64,000 nt of DNA from Eledone cirrhosa (taxonomy: Eukaryota), in the NCBI GenBank assembly GCA_964016885.1, contig OZ024741.1, positions 91,760,001 through 91,824,000 on the forward strand, given 5' to 3'. The position numbers and the translations under genes were made by a program. The notes below the pieces were generated by a model that saw only the letters and a list, made by a program, of their open reading frames with translations, ran no database searches and was not told the origin of the DNA. Shown here one piece after another: positions 13,496 through 24,436 of the stretch. How positions within the stretch are numbered: position 1 is the stretch's first letter; the number at the start of each line of letters is the position of its first letter.

Positions 13496-16400
13496 TAAAT
13501 TTTTAGAAGAATACCCCACTCGATTTCAACGGGGAAAATTTTTGTTCCGCGTTTTCTTTCGTGTTTGATTATCTCAGATCTCCAAGATGCTGACAAATCG
13601 ACTTGATTTCCCACCAAACATGATTTGGGGGTGGGTGTAGATCTTCGATGACATACCTCTCTACCAAATTGGCGCCCCTCGACGATTAAGTATGAAAACG
13701 CAGCCTATTTGAATTCGCCATTCGTTTTAATGGCTATGTGGAGTGGCTTAACATTTGGAATGTTCGAATCGGGTAGCTAGACTCACTTAGCGTAAGTCCA
13801 TAAAATTCATAATATTCCATTTGTTGAAGCACGCAGCCTGCACAATATTTCTGTCATAACTTTCATAGTAACACTAGTAACTCACGCATACAGACGACCA
13901 CAAAAATACAACACAAAAAAAGAAGAGTTTCTCTGGATATAGAATTTTGCTTTCGGCGTTCTGTTGAAATTACAAATGGAGACTCAGAAGTTTTGTTTTC
14001 CCGCGTGAAGCTTGTCTTCTCCAATCCCAGCCGTCTGGTTGGCTGCATCGTGCCGCATGACGGCTTCTTCATCGCAGGCACGTTTTTCAATCGGCCATCT
14101 TGGATTTTCTTACGGGGTAGTTTTCAAGGAAAGTGATTTTTTTTTATTGTTCAAATTTTCTGTAGAATATTTTTTAAAGAAAAAAATTAGCAGTATTTCA
14201 AAAACTTTTCGCCACGAGGATATTTCAAAACGGCTACCACCAAGTACCAGCCATCAGCAGCAACACATGGCTAACTATTAACCAACACCAGGGAACGGCT
14301 TGTAACTTTACCGACGCAACCACCATACCTTCTGTCTCATTACCACAAGGACTCGAGAAATTACGACATTAGTTTTCTCACCATTATGGCGTCAGACGTG
14401 GCGGCCATATTGGTGACTCTGCGTTCTTCAACGCTTGACTTCTACTCTACAGAAGATTCATTGTGACTTTGCTTTAACAACAACTCTACTAGTTCCCTAG
14501 TAAGAGCGTTCCCAAAGAAAAAAGAAGCGAACTTTTTGTTAAAAGAAAAGAAACAATTCTTTCTTTCTTCCTTTTTTTTTCAGGCATTTATTTTGGACAT
14601 TTATTTTTTTTAAACTGTATTATATGAAAATTCATTTCTCTCTATCATTGTATATGTGACCGTACGCACACATTTTCTTTGCTGTATTACATGCCTGCAT
14701 ATATACACACACCAACATGTTGTTGTCTATAGTATATGATCTTCAAGCGTCGTAATATTCTGCGAGATCCCTTTTCACCTTCTGGAGGCACCAAAACATG
14801 CTATCGACACTTGCAGCTTAATTCACCTGCACCGCAACACGAGTATGCTAATTGCAGCTGAACTCAAACAGTTTAGCATCTCGTTGCACACTCATCGTCC
14901 ATAACAACCTATCTTGTTATCTTACCCAGCTCACCGGGAAAACAACAAATACTTCTGTGGATGCGCCCGAATTATGGAACTGCAACCCACCTACAGATTC
15001 AACTTGCTTTTTTTTTCTTTTCAAAGCAACCAGCCATTTTTTCCTGGCTCCCTAGCACATTCGGCAATACATCTGGGAGGCCAACATTTTCTCGCCTACC
15101 CATCATCTTCTTGCCAGCACTGGTAAACTACCATAATAGCTTCGTCCACATCTACTGGTACAACACTTACCATTAACATTTAATGCAAGAACAGCAGCTT
15201 CGCCCATGTCAGACTTTAATATATATGCCTTAATTCCTTTAAATCTTCATCAACACTCCTTCACTCCCACAGTCATTAACCCCCCCCCCCTCAGACACAC
15301 CCAAATCTCTCTTATATATATTGGGTTTTAATGTGTCACACATCACAATACAACCTGATGTCAGTTTGACAATCGCCACCGATGAATGCGAGAGAGTTCT
15401 CCAGGAAAATCTTCCCACCGAACTTATCAAAGAACTTACTAGATCTCCCAAATCATAATATTATAAAATCAAATTATTTAGAACTACAAGTGAGTCATTT
15501 TTTTCCTTTTGATTTAAATATACCTAACTGTACCAAGGATTTCACATATTTTCCAATATATATATATATACATACATATATATTCAATAAGGTTTCCTGA
15601 ACCATTGTTTCTGAAGATAAGCAACAAAATGGATGTATTTGTCAAGGCTATCGATTAGACAATATATCGATAAAATGTTTGTTTCCTTTGCCCTTTGAAG
15701 CGAACGTAAAATAGATTAATTAACTACTAAGCCTTAGTTTTCACTATTCAACTTTATATATAACCACTCAAACCGGGCGACTATAAGTTTTCGGTGTTAA
15801 GAGTAGAAAACCTTCACCCTTAATTCCATGACTAGTTGTATTGTGCGAATTGTAAAACAATGGAGAAACGAATGAAAAAACAGATGACATATGGAGTAGA
15901 ATAATGTCCCGTTAATCAACGAAAAAGGACCACAATACAAATGTAGTACTCAATATATCAGGTAAAGAGGGTACTTAATATTATTTCATTTAAAGATGAC
16001 TTTTACAGTACTAGTTCAGTTTCTTTCGGTGACTAGGAATGATTCCGTATGAAGCAGAACTAATTCTGGAGAAGTTAACTCAAAGTGCTACGAAGAAGAC
16101 ATGTATGAAAGAAATAGTTTTCATACTCCTTTACCTTGTAGATATTGGTAGGATAACTTGAAAACCGAGGACGAACAATCAATAATTTTCAGATCAATTT
16201 TTGTTTTTTACATTGATCAGTTTCTGTGTATTGATTAAGCTTGTTATATTTAAAGGAGCTTCACCTTGCTCTAAAAGTCTCGTATATCTATCAAGTACAA
16301 AAGAAGGTAACATTATGGAAGCGCAGCTGACACTACCCTAACATTGCCAACAACGACGGTGACGACATGCATTAAAAAAATGTGAATTGATTAATGTAAT

Positions 16401-16561
16401 TGCACTCATTGAGCTGTATTACTTTTCACACAGGATGACACAGTGCATGTAGCTGAACAGGGATATTAAAGAGTTATACAGATCTTTGAAAAATCTACAA
16501 AGTTGCAGCTCTGACTAATGTTTCTCGGGTTTTAATGATAGCGATATATATATATATATAT

Positions 16562-16651
<90 letters not shown>

Positions 16652-16656
16652 ATATC

Positions 16657-16728
<72 letters not shown>

Positions 16729-16789
16729 ATTAGCATTTATGAAAAAAATGCTATATATTTTCAACCGTTCAACTGATTAGCATAGTTGT

Positions 16790-16832
16790 ACGATCCTGAT
16801 GAAGGGTGATGGCCCAGAAACATTGTAATTGT
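16790..16832 (+). ncRNA. Hammerhead ribozyme, family D
   Basis: ACGATc-CTGATGA-aGGGT gatg GCCCa-GAAAC ATT GTA-ATTGT; homologous to 20145-20187. Confidence 0.6.
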
Positions 16833-16983
16833 TCCTCAAAGCCAGTGTTCAACAAACAGGTGACGATCGGTCACCGGCATGGCACTGCTTCAAATCCGGC
16901 CGTTTGTTTACAAACGAATCGAACATTATTTTTAATGTTCGATATAACCCATACGTATATGTGTGTGTATGTATATGTATATG

Positions 16984-17021
<38 letters not shown>

Positions 17022-17134
17022 AGTTGAAAAAAATGAAAACGAAATTTCATTTCTCACTCTTAGTATGGCACTTACTTAAATGTAAGTATGTATGTATACG
17101 TACATACATATATGTATACAGACGTACAGTAGCA

Positions 17135-17256
<122 letters not shown>

Positions 17257-17415
17257 TATACATACAGGTACACATACATATATGCACGCATCAGTTTAGC
17301 GGACGCTTATTATGACGCCGCTTTGTTCGTTTGTAAACAGACTGAACAGCCTGAAATTTATGCCATACGGTGTTAAGGCAACCACGTCACCTTTTTGTTC
17401 AACACTGACACAGGA

Positions 17416-17458
17416 ACGATGTACTAGTTTCAAGCTTGTTAGCTATCATCAGCACCGT
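17416..17458 (-). ncRNA. Type I hammerhead ribozyme, family E
   Basis: Exact reverse complement of 17660-17702. Confidence 0.75.
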
Positions 17459-17659
17459 ATACCCATCTGCCAGATAGTTGAACGTTCGAAAGTATATACT
17501 TTCCTCATGAAAATTAACGCTTTCATTTTTTTCAACTTATCGTTTTCGGTATGCCTGACCGATTTAACTCACTCAATATGCAAATTAGGCTGCTCAGCCG
17601 TTAATTTTCATAAGGAAAGTATATACTTTCGAACGTTCAACTATCTGGCAGATGGGTAT

Positions 17660-17702
17660 ACGGTGCTGATGATAGCTAACAAGCTTGAAACTAGTACATC
17701 GT
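17660..17702 (+). ncRNA. Type I hammerhead ribozyme, family E
   Basis: ACGGTG-CTGATGA-tAGCT aaca AGCTt-GAAAC TA GTA-CATCGT. Confidence 0.75.
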
Positions 17703-17941
17703 TCCTGTGTCAGTGTTGAACAAAAAGGTGACCTGGTTGCCTTAACACCGTATGGCATAAATTCAGGCTGTTCAGTTTGTTTACAAACGAACAAAGCGGC
17801 GTTATAATAAGCGTCCGCTAAACTGATGCGTGCATATATGTATGTGTACCTGTATGTATATATATGTATATATATATATATATATGCATGCTACTGTACG
17901 TCTGTATACATATATGTATGTACGTATACATACATGCTTAC

Positions 17942-18104
<163 letters not shown>

Positions 18105-18266
18105 ATATTATATATATATATATATATATTAGAAAGTGAGGTTATTTTTACAAAATGAAAAATAACCGAGGTGTCCTACACGAGTGGAAGTATAAAGAAA
18201 AAGGGATGAAATCGAAAATGCAACTGAAGTCTTATTTTTTTTTTAAATATATATATTTATTTGGTT

Positions 18267-18304
18267 CCTTTACCGGTTTCGCAGTTCTTCTGCTTTTCAA
18301 AAGG
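18267..18304 (-). ncRNA. Hammerhead ribozyme, family F (U3-A8 core)
   Basis: Exact reverse complement of 18356-18393. Confidence 0.7.
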
Positions 18305-18355
18305 TGAGTTGAGATGGAGGGTCTGTAAAAACCACAGACCCTCCATCTCAACTCA

Positions 18356-18393
18356 CCTTTTGAAAAGCAGAAGAACTGCGAAACCGGTAAAGG
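18356..18393 (+). ncRNA. Hammerhead ribozyme, family F (U3-A8 core)
   Basis: CCTT-TTGAAAA-GCAG aagaa CTGC-GAAA CCGG TA-AAGG. Confidence 0.7.
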
Positions 18394-18464
18394 AACCAAA
18401 TAAATATATATATTTTTTTTAAAAAAATAAGACTTCAGTTGCATTTTCGATTTCATCCCTTTTT

Positions 18465-18528
<64 letters not shown>

Positions 18529-18589
18529 TTGTGTATGTGTATTTATGTATTTTGTATATGTGTATATATGTGTATTTCTGTATATGTGT

Positions 18590-19017
18590 TTGCTGTAGTG
18601 GAGTCTGTGCTGCTGTATGGGTCTGAGACTTGGACACTGACAAAGAAACTCACTCAGATGGTGGATGGGTGCTACACGAGAATGTTGAGGATGACTCTGA
18701 ACGTTAATCAGTATACACTGAGGATGAAAAACTCAGAGCTGTATGGGAGCATCCCAAAAGTCAGCTCAAAAGTGACACAGAGGAGACTGAGGTTAGCTGG
18801 ACATGCTCACCAACATCCAGAGTTGACATTGCACTCAGTGCTCCTTTGGGAACCCCAACATGGACACACTAGAAGAGGAAGACCAAGGTTAACGTATGTT
18901 GATGCCCTAAGGACAGACACTGGTCTGTTGGAGACGCAGGACATGGCAGCGATAATGAGGGACAGAGACCGCTGGAGAGAACTCGTCCATGGATCTCGGG
19001 AATTTTCCCCGCCTTAG
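18590..19017 (+). mobile_element. 3' fragment of an RTE-type LINE (post-RT C-terminus)
   Basis: VVESVLLYGSETWTLTK..YTRMLR..RRLRLAGH..W..RRGRPR..DRDRWR; embedded in microsatellite. Confidence 0.85.
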
Positions 19018-19042
19018 ATATATATGTATATATATATATATA

Positions 19043-19178
<136 letters not shown>

Positions 19179-19808
19179 TCTGTGTGTGTGTGTGTGTGTG
19201 AATGTGTCTGTTGACACCTGGAATATACCTTAAGAGAAACATGACAATAATGATACGATAGGCACCCAATATTTTGAACTGGTTTATAGAATTCTCTTGG
19301 CCTTTGTCACTCTAAGTAGAGCTTTAAAGAATTACCTTTTAAAGAATTTCCCTCTTCTTTAAATCCATCAACCATGACTGACCCCCAACAATCTTATAGA
19401 CACCTGAAATATAGGCATTGTTAGCTTAAGAGAAACTTAAAAATAAGGAGTGGCACCACAATCTGATCTTCTTTACAGAATTCTTTCTGCCTTTGTCACT
19501 CTAAGTATAAATTATAGCCTTAAAGAACTAGCTTTTAATGAATTCCCTTTTCTTTCAACCAATGACCTCCACCCATCCCACTCCCCACCCTCTCCTACCA
19601 CCTGAAAAGATAAATACCACAACATTTATTTTGGAAAGCCAGATTCCTGATGATTTCTAAAGAATAAAGCAGTTCTAGTCCTGTATAATCTCATCTATAT
19701 TAAAACTATATATGTATGTATATACACATATATATATATATATATGTCCCAAGGCTCTAATACCATCAACAATATAAACACAGAGCTGGCATATCTAAGA
19801 ACTGACTA

Positions 19809-19864
19809 ACTGCCTGATGAGGTCATAGCCATTCAATGGCTATCATCGAAATATATATAGCAGT
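19809..19864 (+). ncRNA. Type I hammerhead ribozyme, family G
   Basis: ACTGC-CTGATGA-GGTcATAGCCAT tca ATGGCTATcATC-GAAA-TATATA-TA-GCAGT. Confidence 0.8.
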
Positions 19865-19902
19865 AAATAAAGGATTATGAGTTCATGCAAACTTATGTTT
19901 CG

Positions 19903-19988
<86 letters not shown>

Positions 19989-20144
19989 CACACATACATA
20001 CATACATATATATATACCTACAAACACATATACATATGTACGTATGGGTAATGTTCGATTCGTTTGTAAACAAACGGTCCTATTTGAAGCAATGCCATGC
20101 CGGTGACCGATCGTCACCTGTTTGTTGAACACTGGCTTTGAGGA

Positions 20145-20187
20145 ACAATTACCATGTTTCTGGGCCATTACTCTTCATCAGGATTGT
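20145..20187 (-). ncRNA. Hammerhead ribozyme, family D
   Basis: Reverse complement reads ACAATc-CTGATGA-agagt aatg gccca-GAAAC ATG GTA-ATTGT; helix II weak. Confidence 0.5.
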
Positions 20188-20482
20188 ATACCTCTGCCAA
20201 TCTGTTGAACGGTTGAAAATATATAGTATTTTTTTCATAAATTCTAATTTTATTTATATATATATATATACATATATAGTATTAGTTATACTATTTATGG
20301 TTATGTAAACACAAAACCTTAAGCAGTTGTAAGTATTTTACACACACCCTAAATAGTGGTAGGCAGTAATGTATTACTACCTTATTACCAGTAAGTTAAG
20401 TAGCTCAATGTAAAAACATCAGATGATTTACAGAGCAGTTATATGAAATATAAGAATCAAAGAACTGTTCAAAACATTATTG

Positions 20483-20529
20483 TGCTTACAGCTGTTTCCT
20501 CCAAACCGAGGTTTGGATTCTTCGGAGCA
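20483..20529 (-). ncRNA. Hammerhead ribozyme (CCGAAGA core) in PLE 3' pLTR
   Basis: Exact reverse complement of 25880-25926. Confidence 0.7.
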
Positions 20530-21972
20530 ATTTATTAATGCATGGACAGTTATATGACCTCCTTTTCAGCCGAGAGACATACCAATACATATTCAAACAT
20601 TGATACATATTCAAACATTGTGGGTCAACATTCATTACAGAATTTAGAGTGGCAGTACACACTTCGAGATTACATTTATATTAATAGGTACAATCAAAAA
20701 TCAAAGATATAGGTTAAAGTACAACATGAAGATAAGTGGTTATATAGTGCAAATGTTATATGTGTGGCACGCATGTGCGTCTTGTTTATATAGTGTGGCA
20801 GAGAGATATGTGTGGTAGAGGCACTTAGGTAGGTAAATAAGAGTGTTAGGTTGGTAGATCTGGTGGCAAAGTCTTTATATGATTGATGTAGTCTGTGTGT
20901 GGAGAAATATTATAAGCATTAAAGATAGTGCAAGCATTAAAAGTGTTATAAGTATTGGAGATGCACAGCGCAGGGATGTCAAGTAATTCATGTACTTCGG
21001 CATTTTCATGGTCAAGGGAGTGTATATTTCGATTATATGCCTTTCACATAATCCACGACAATCCAGTTAGAGATCGTAGTCTGGTGTTCTTTAGTTCGAT
21101 ACAGGAGGTTGTTACGTTTCGAGAAACGCCATTGAATACCGGAAGTGTGTGTGTGGCTAAGGGGAGTTAATGCATGCGGGGAGGTAACTCTGGGGTTTCC
21201 ATATCTAGCCATTAAAGTGTGTCCCAATATAGACCCTAAATTCTATGGTGAGGTGCACCTTCCAAGAGAGACTTTTAAAGCATAAAGTGTACTAACTATA
21301 GAGTAGTTTAACTAAATTATGCTGAAGGTGATCATATTATTATTAAGGTGGATTAACCCATCATAAGGTGCTACAAATGGAAATTATAGATGATGAGCGA
21401 GGATTCTAAATTAATGATCTCTGTGGTTGTAGTCTGCTCATATGGCCAGGTGCGGTGATTGCAGGATTGCTTCAGGACCCAATGATCTCTGGTAAGATCT
21501 GGGTCATCACTTGCTACATTGGATGTCGAAAGATAATCGTCCCCAGGCAGGCCGAAGGTCAATCCGCAGTCCTCGCGACCTCTCTCTGACCGTCAGATCA
21601 TCCATATACGTACAACCCGCACGGCAGTTGCATTGCATTCACTCACTGCGCTCCGCAGCCCGGTCCTACTGGTCAACAGCGCTACTCGATTAAATCATTT
21701 TACATCTGTCTAAGGAAGGTGTTTCCTCTGCCCAACACCATCCAACCGATCAATTCATGCTCAAATTACCCTTAGAGCGGTGTAGTGCCGTCCAAGTGGG
21801 TGGATGTTGTCACACCTGCCGTAGAGGTATAAATGGGTATTTTCCCTGCGAAGGGTTCCAGAGGGATGTCGTTGTTTGTGTTATAATGGATCAGCTAGTG
21901 TAGGGTATGTAGTATAGGGTGTGTCTCTGGTGTTTGATGCTAGATGTGGTGTTAGGTTCCAGTCCGACATTG

Positions 21973-23268
21973 CTATATATAGGGCTTAAAGTTTTGGAAG
22001 GAATGTCTGAGGCGGTGCTGGCAAGTTGCAAACACCTCAGATTTTTTGTTAAGTAGGTTACGGTTGGAGAAGATAATATTGTGTGTCTCTAGTATACAGA
22101 GGTTACAGAATTTATTAGGTGGTTTGTACGAGGTCGCGCTGCCTATCACTTCCCATTTGAGTGTGTATGGTTTATTTTTAGATTTTAGATAGTGTATGTA
22201 GCTAGAAAGTGAGGTGGAGTTGGCTAGGCTGTGCTTTTTGAACGAGTGGATGTGCGAGTTATATCTGATTTTGAAGCAGTTAGAAGTGGAGCCTACATAG
22301 GTTTCTGAAGAGTTATTAGTCGTGACTGTGCATGAGTATATGACATCCTTGGTTAGGCATTTTTTATCTAAAGGGCAGGTTCTATTAGCTCTACAGTTAC
22401 AATTATTCTGTGCGTTAGTCCGCTGGTTATAATGCAATGCGGAAGTCTGTGTGGTGGATATAGGATTTTGGGTGTTCGGGTTGACAACCCTGGTGTTATT
22501 ACTTATACTAGTGTTATTTCTATTGTTACTGCCGTTGCTATTGTTGCTTGCTACAGTGGTATTTAGAGGGTTTGCATCCCGTTGTGATTTTGTTTGTTGG
22601 AAGTAAGAACTAATTTTACTATTATTGCTGCTAGCTATGTGGTATGCTAAGTTAGGCGTCGTAGAGTAAGAGATTTTAATGGTGTTTTTGTTTAAGAGGT
22701 TGTGGTACTTGTGTCCTAGAGGGAAGTTTTTATCTAGTAGTGAGAAGAAAGCCCTAGGTATGTTGGTGGAGACATTTAGGTTGAAAGGAGGGTTGAAAAA
22801 TGTATTATTTCTTCTTCTATTTTTGCTTTTAGTGTTTGGTGTGTTGCTTCCTCCTAAGGCCTCACAGTAGTTTCCATGGTAATGGTTACTTCCGGTGGCA
22901 CCCACCGCTTTGGTGCACTTGTGGTTGCTATTCCTATTATTAGATTTCCTCATGGACATGTTGTGCGAGATGATGTTGTAGCTATGTGTTTTCTTAGGTA
23001 GGAACTCAATTTCTATATTATGGCCGGAGCTAGCTAATGCTTGATTGTAATATTGTGAGTTTTTGCTAAATATGTTTGCGTCATAGGACAGACTAGAGAT
23101 TCTATTGGACACCCCCTTAGAGATAGAGTTTAATATTGATCTAGGGTGATTAGACTTGGTATCTACGTAAATAAGTTTCTCATTAGGCTTATGGAAAGGT
23201 GTATATATTTTTGAGTCTAGGTATAGTGTGGCGTCTAGGAAGTTAACATTTTTAGTGTTTTTGTCCAT
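21973..23268 (-). CDS. PLE protein C-terminal half: RT thumb, Asn-rich linker, GIY-YIG endonuclease
   Basis: 431-aa ORF with NFLD, HKPNE, SNHP, FNPPF, CNCRxxxxCPL, YVGST. Confidence 0.85.
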   Translation of the reverse strand: MDKNTKNVNFLDATLYLDSKIYTPFHKPNEKLIYVDTKSNHPRSILNSISKGVSNRISSLSYDANIFSKNSQYYNQALASSGHNIEIEFLPKKTHSYNIISHNMSMRKSNNRNSNHKCTKAVGATGSNHYHGNYCEALGGSNTPNTKSKNRRRNNTFFNPPFNLNVSTNIPRAFFSLLDKNFPLGHKYHNLLNKNTIKISYSTTPNLAYHIASSNNSKISSYFQQTKSQRDANPLNTTVASNNSNGSNNRNNTSISNNTRVVNPNTQNPISTTQTSALHYNQRTNAQNNCNCRANRTCPLDKKCLTKDVIYSCTVTTNNSSETYVGSTSNCFKIRYNSHIHSFKKHSLANSTSLSSYIHYLKSKNKPYTLKWEVIGSATSYKPPNKFCNLCILETHNIIFSNRNLLNKKSEVFATCQHRLRHSFQNFKPYI

Positions 23269-23328
23269 GGTGATACTAAGGTTAAGTTTATGAATGTCTT
23301 ATGCAGTTGTTTTCTAGTTCTTTCTATA

Positions 23329-23845
23329 TTAAATTTTTTTATATTCTATGAGTAGAAGTGCATCATCGCGGTACAAACCACCGTTGAGGTAAGGGAGGTC
23401 TTTATGGATTTCATTGAGGAGGTATAGGCCGACCAAATCAGTGACCTGCGCCGAGTCACTAGATCCCATGGTTATGTCGAAGTTGTTGTGCGTATCCTTG
23501 CGTGTCCATAGTTGGTCCTCGAAGGTGATTATGGTTTTACGGGCCGCAAGGATGACATCAACCTGGGCTCTAGTCAGGTCGCTATTGGCCATGGCCATGA
23601 TAAGTGCCTTATTTAATAGGATAGGGGAAATAGAGCTGTAGTATGAATTGATATCAAATTGAATAAATTTTTTGTTCTTATTATTCTTGATATCCTTAAA
23701 CCATTCAATTACTTCACCCGTATTTCCCCATTGTTTAAGGTGTATCTTGTGTTTAATTTGTGGGATGATTTTATCCAAAATCTTCTTGCTGATAATACCA
23801 ATGTCGGACTTGGAAGGGCAGATAAGTCTTATCGTGGGGTTGCTG
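23329..23845 (-). pseudogene. PLE reverse transcriptase core (5'-truncated)
   Basis: NPTIRLICPSKSDIG..FIQFDINSYY..FDITMGSSDSAQVTDLVGLY..GLYRDD; same frame as 21973-23268 but separated by a short out-of-frame patch with stops. Confidence 0.85.
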
Positions 23846-24436
23846 AATACCACTGTAGCAAGCAACAATAGCAACGGCAGTAACAATAGAAATAACACTA
23901 GTATAAGTAATAACACCAGGGTTGTCAACCCGAACACCCAAAATCCTATATCCACCACACAGACTTCCGCATTGCATTATAACCAGCGGACTAACGCACA
24001 GAATAATTGTAACTGTAGAGCTAATAGAACCTGCCCTTTAGATAAAAAATGCCTAACCAAGGATGTCATATACTCATGCACAGTCACGACTAATAACTCT
24101 TCAGAAACCTATGTAGGCTCCACTTCTAACTGCTTCAAAATCAGATATAACTCGCACATCCACTCGTTCAAAAAGCACAGCCTAGCCAACTCCACCTCAC
24201 TTTCTAGCTACATACACTATCTAAAATCTAAAAATAAACCATACACACTCAAATGGGAAGTGATAGGCAGCGCGACCTCGTACAAACCACCTAATAAATT
24301 CTGTAACCTCTGTATACTAGAGACACACAATATTATCTTCTCCAACCGTAACCTACTTAACAAAAAATCTGAGGTGTTTGCAACTTGCCAGCACCGCCTC
24401 AGACATTCCTTCCAAAACTTTAAGCCCTATATATAG
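23765..24436 (+). CDS. Junction-created ORF: antisense-RT leader fused to an intact GIY-YIG domain (223 aa from ATG)
   Basis: ATG at 23765 is in frame with the duplicated endonuclease; C-terminus identical to the 21973 ORF. Confidence 0.5.
   Translation: MILSKIFLLIIPMSDLEGQISLIVGLLNTTVASNNSNGSNNRNNTSISNNTRVVNPNTQNPISTTQTSALHYNQRTNAQNNCNCRANRTCPLDKKCLTKDVIYSCTVTTNNSSETYVGSTSNCFKIRYNSHIHSFKKHSLANSTSLSSYIHYLKSKNKPYTLKWEVIGSATSYKPPNKFCNLCILETHNIIFSNRNLLNKKSEVFATCQHRLRHSFQNFKPYI

Larger units (their letters stand above)
18130..18470. mobile_element. ORF-less foldback of the pLTR of the PLE at 61911-64000
   Basis: 18130-18326 matches 61912-62107; 18191-18326 mirrored by 18334-18470; (TA)n on both sides. 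Confidence 0.85.
20280..23845 (-). mobile_element. Hydra-like PLE, 5'-truncated
   Basis: RT motifs FDINSYY, MGSSDSA, GLYRDD, NFLD; linker CNCRANRTCPLDKKC; GIY-YIG (VIY..YVG..RYNSH..CNLCILE); ~1.7-kb 3' region with HHR ending in TA-rich sequence. Confidence 0.92.

Noticed and set aside
14300-15200. Possible decayed Gypsy gag/protease after the LTR-like segment
   Set aside because: No intact diagnostic motif could be read
21443-21510. GGCCAGGTGCGGTG..CAGGATTGCTT resembles 7SL/Alu
   Set aside because: Match too short, wrong spacing, no SRP Alu-domain fold evident
20955-21693. Short ORFs repeated identically at 24716-25454
   Set aside because: Identity comes from the inverted duplication; no recognisable motifs
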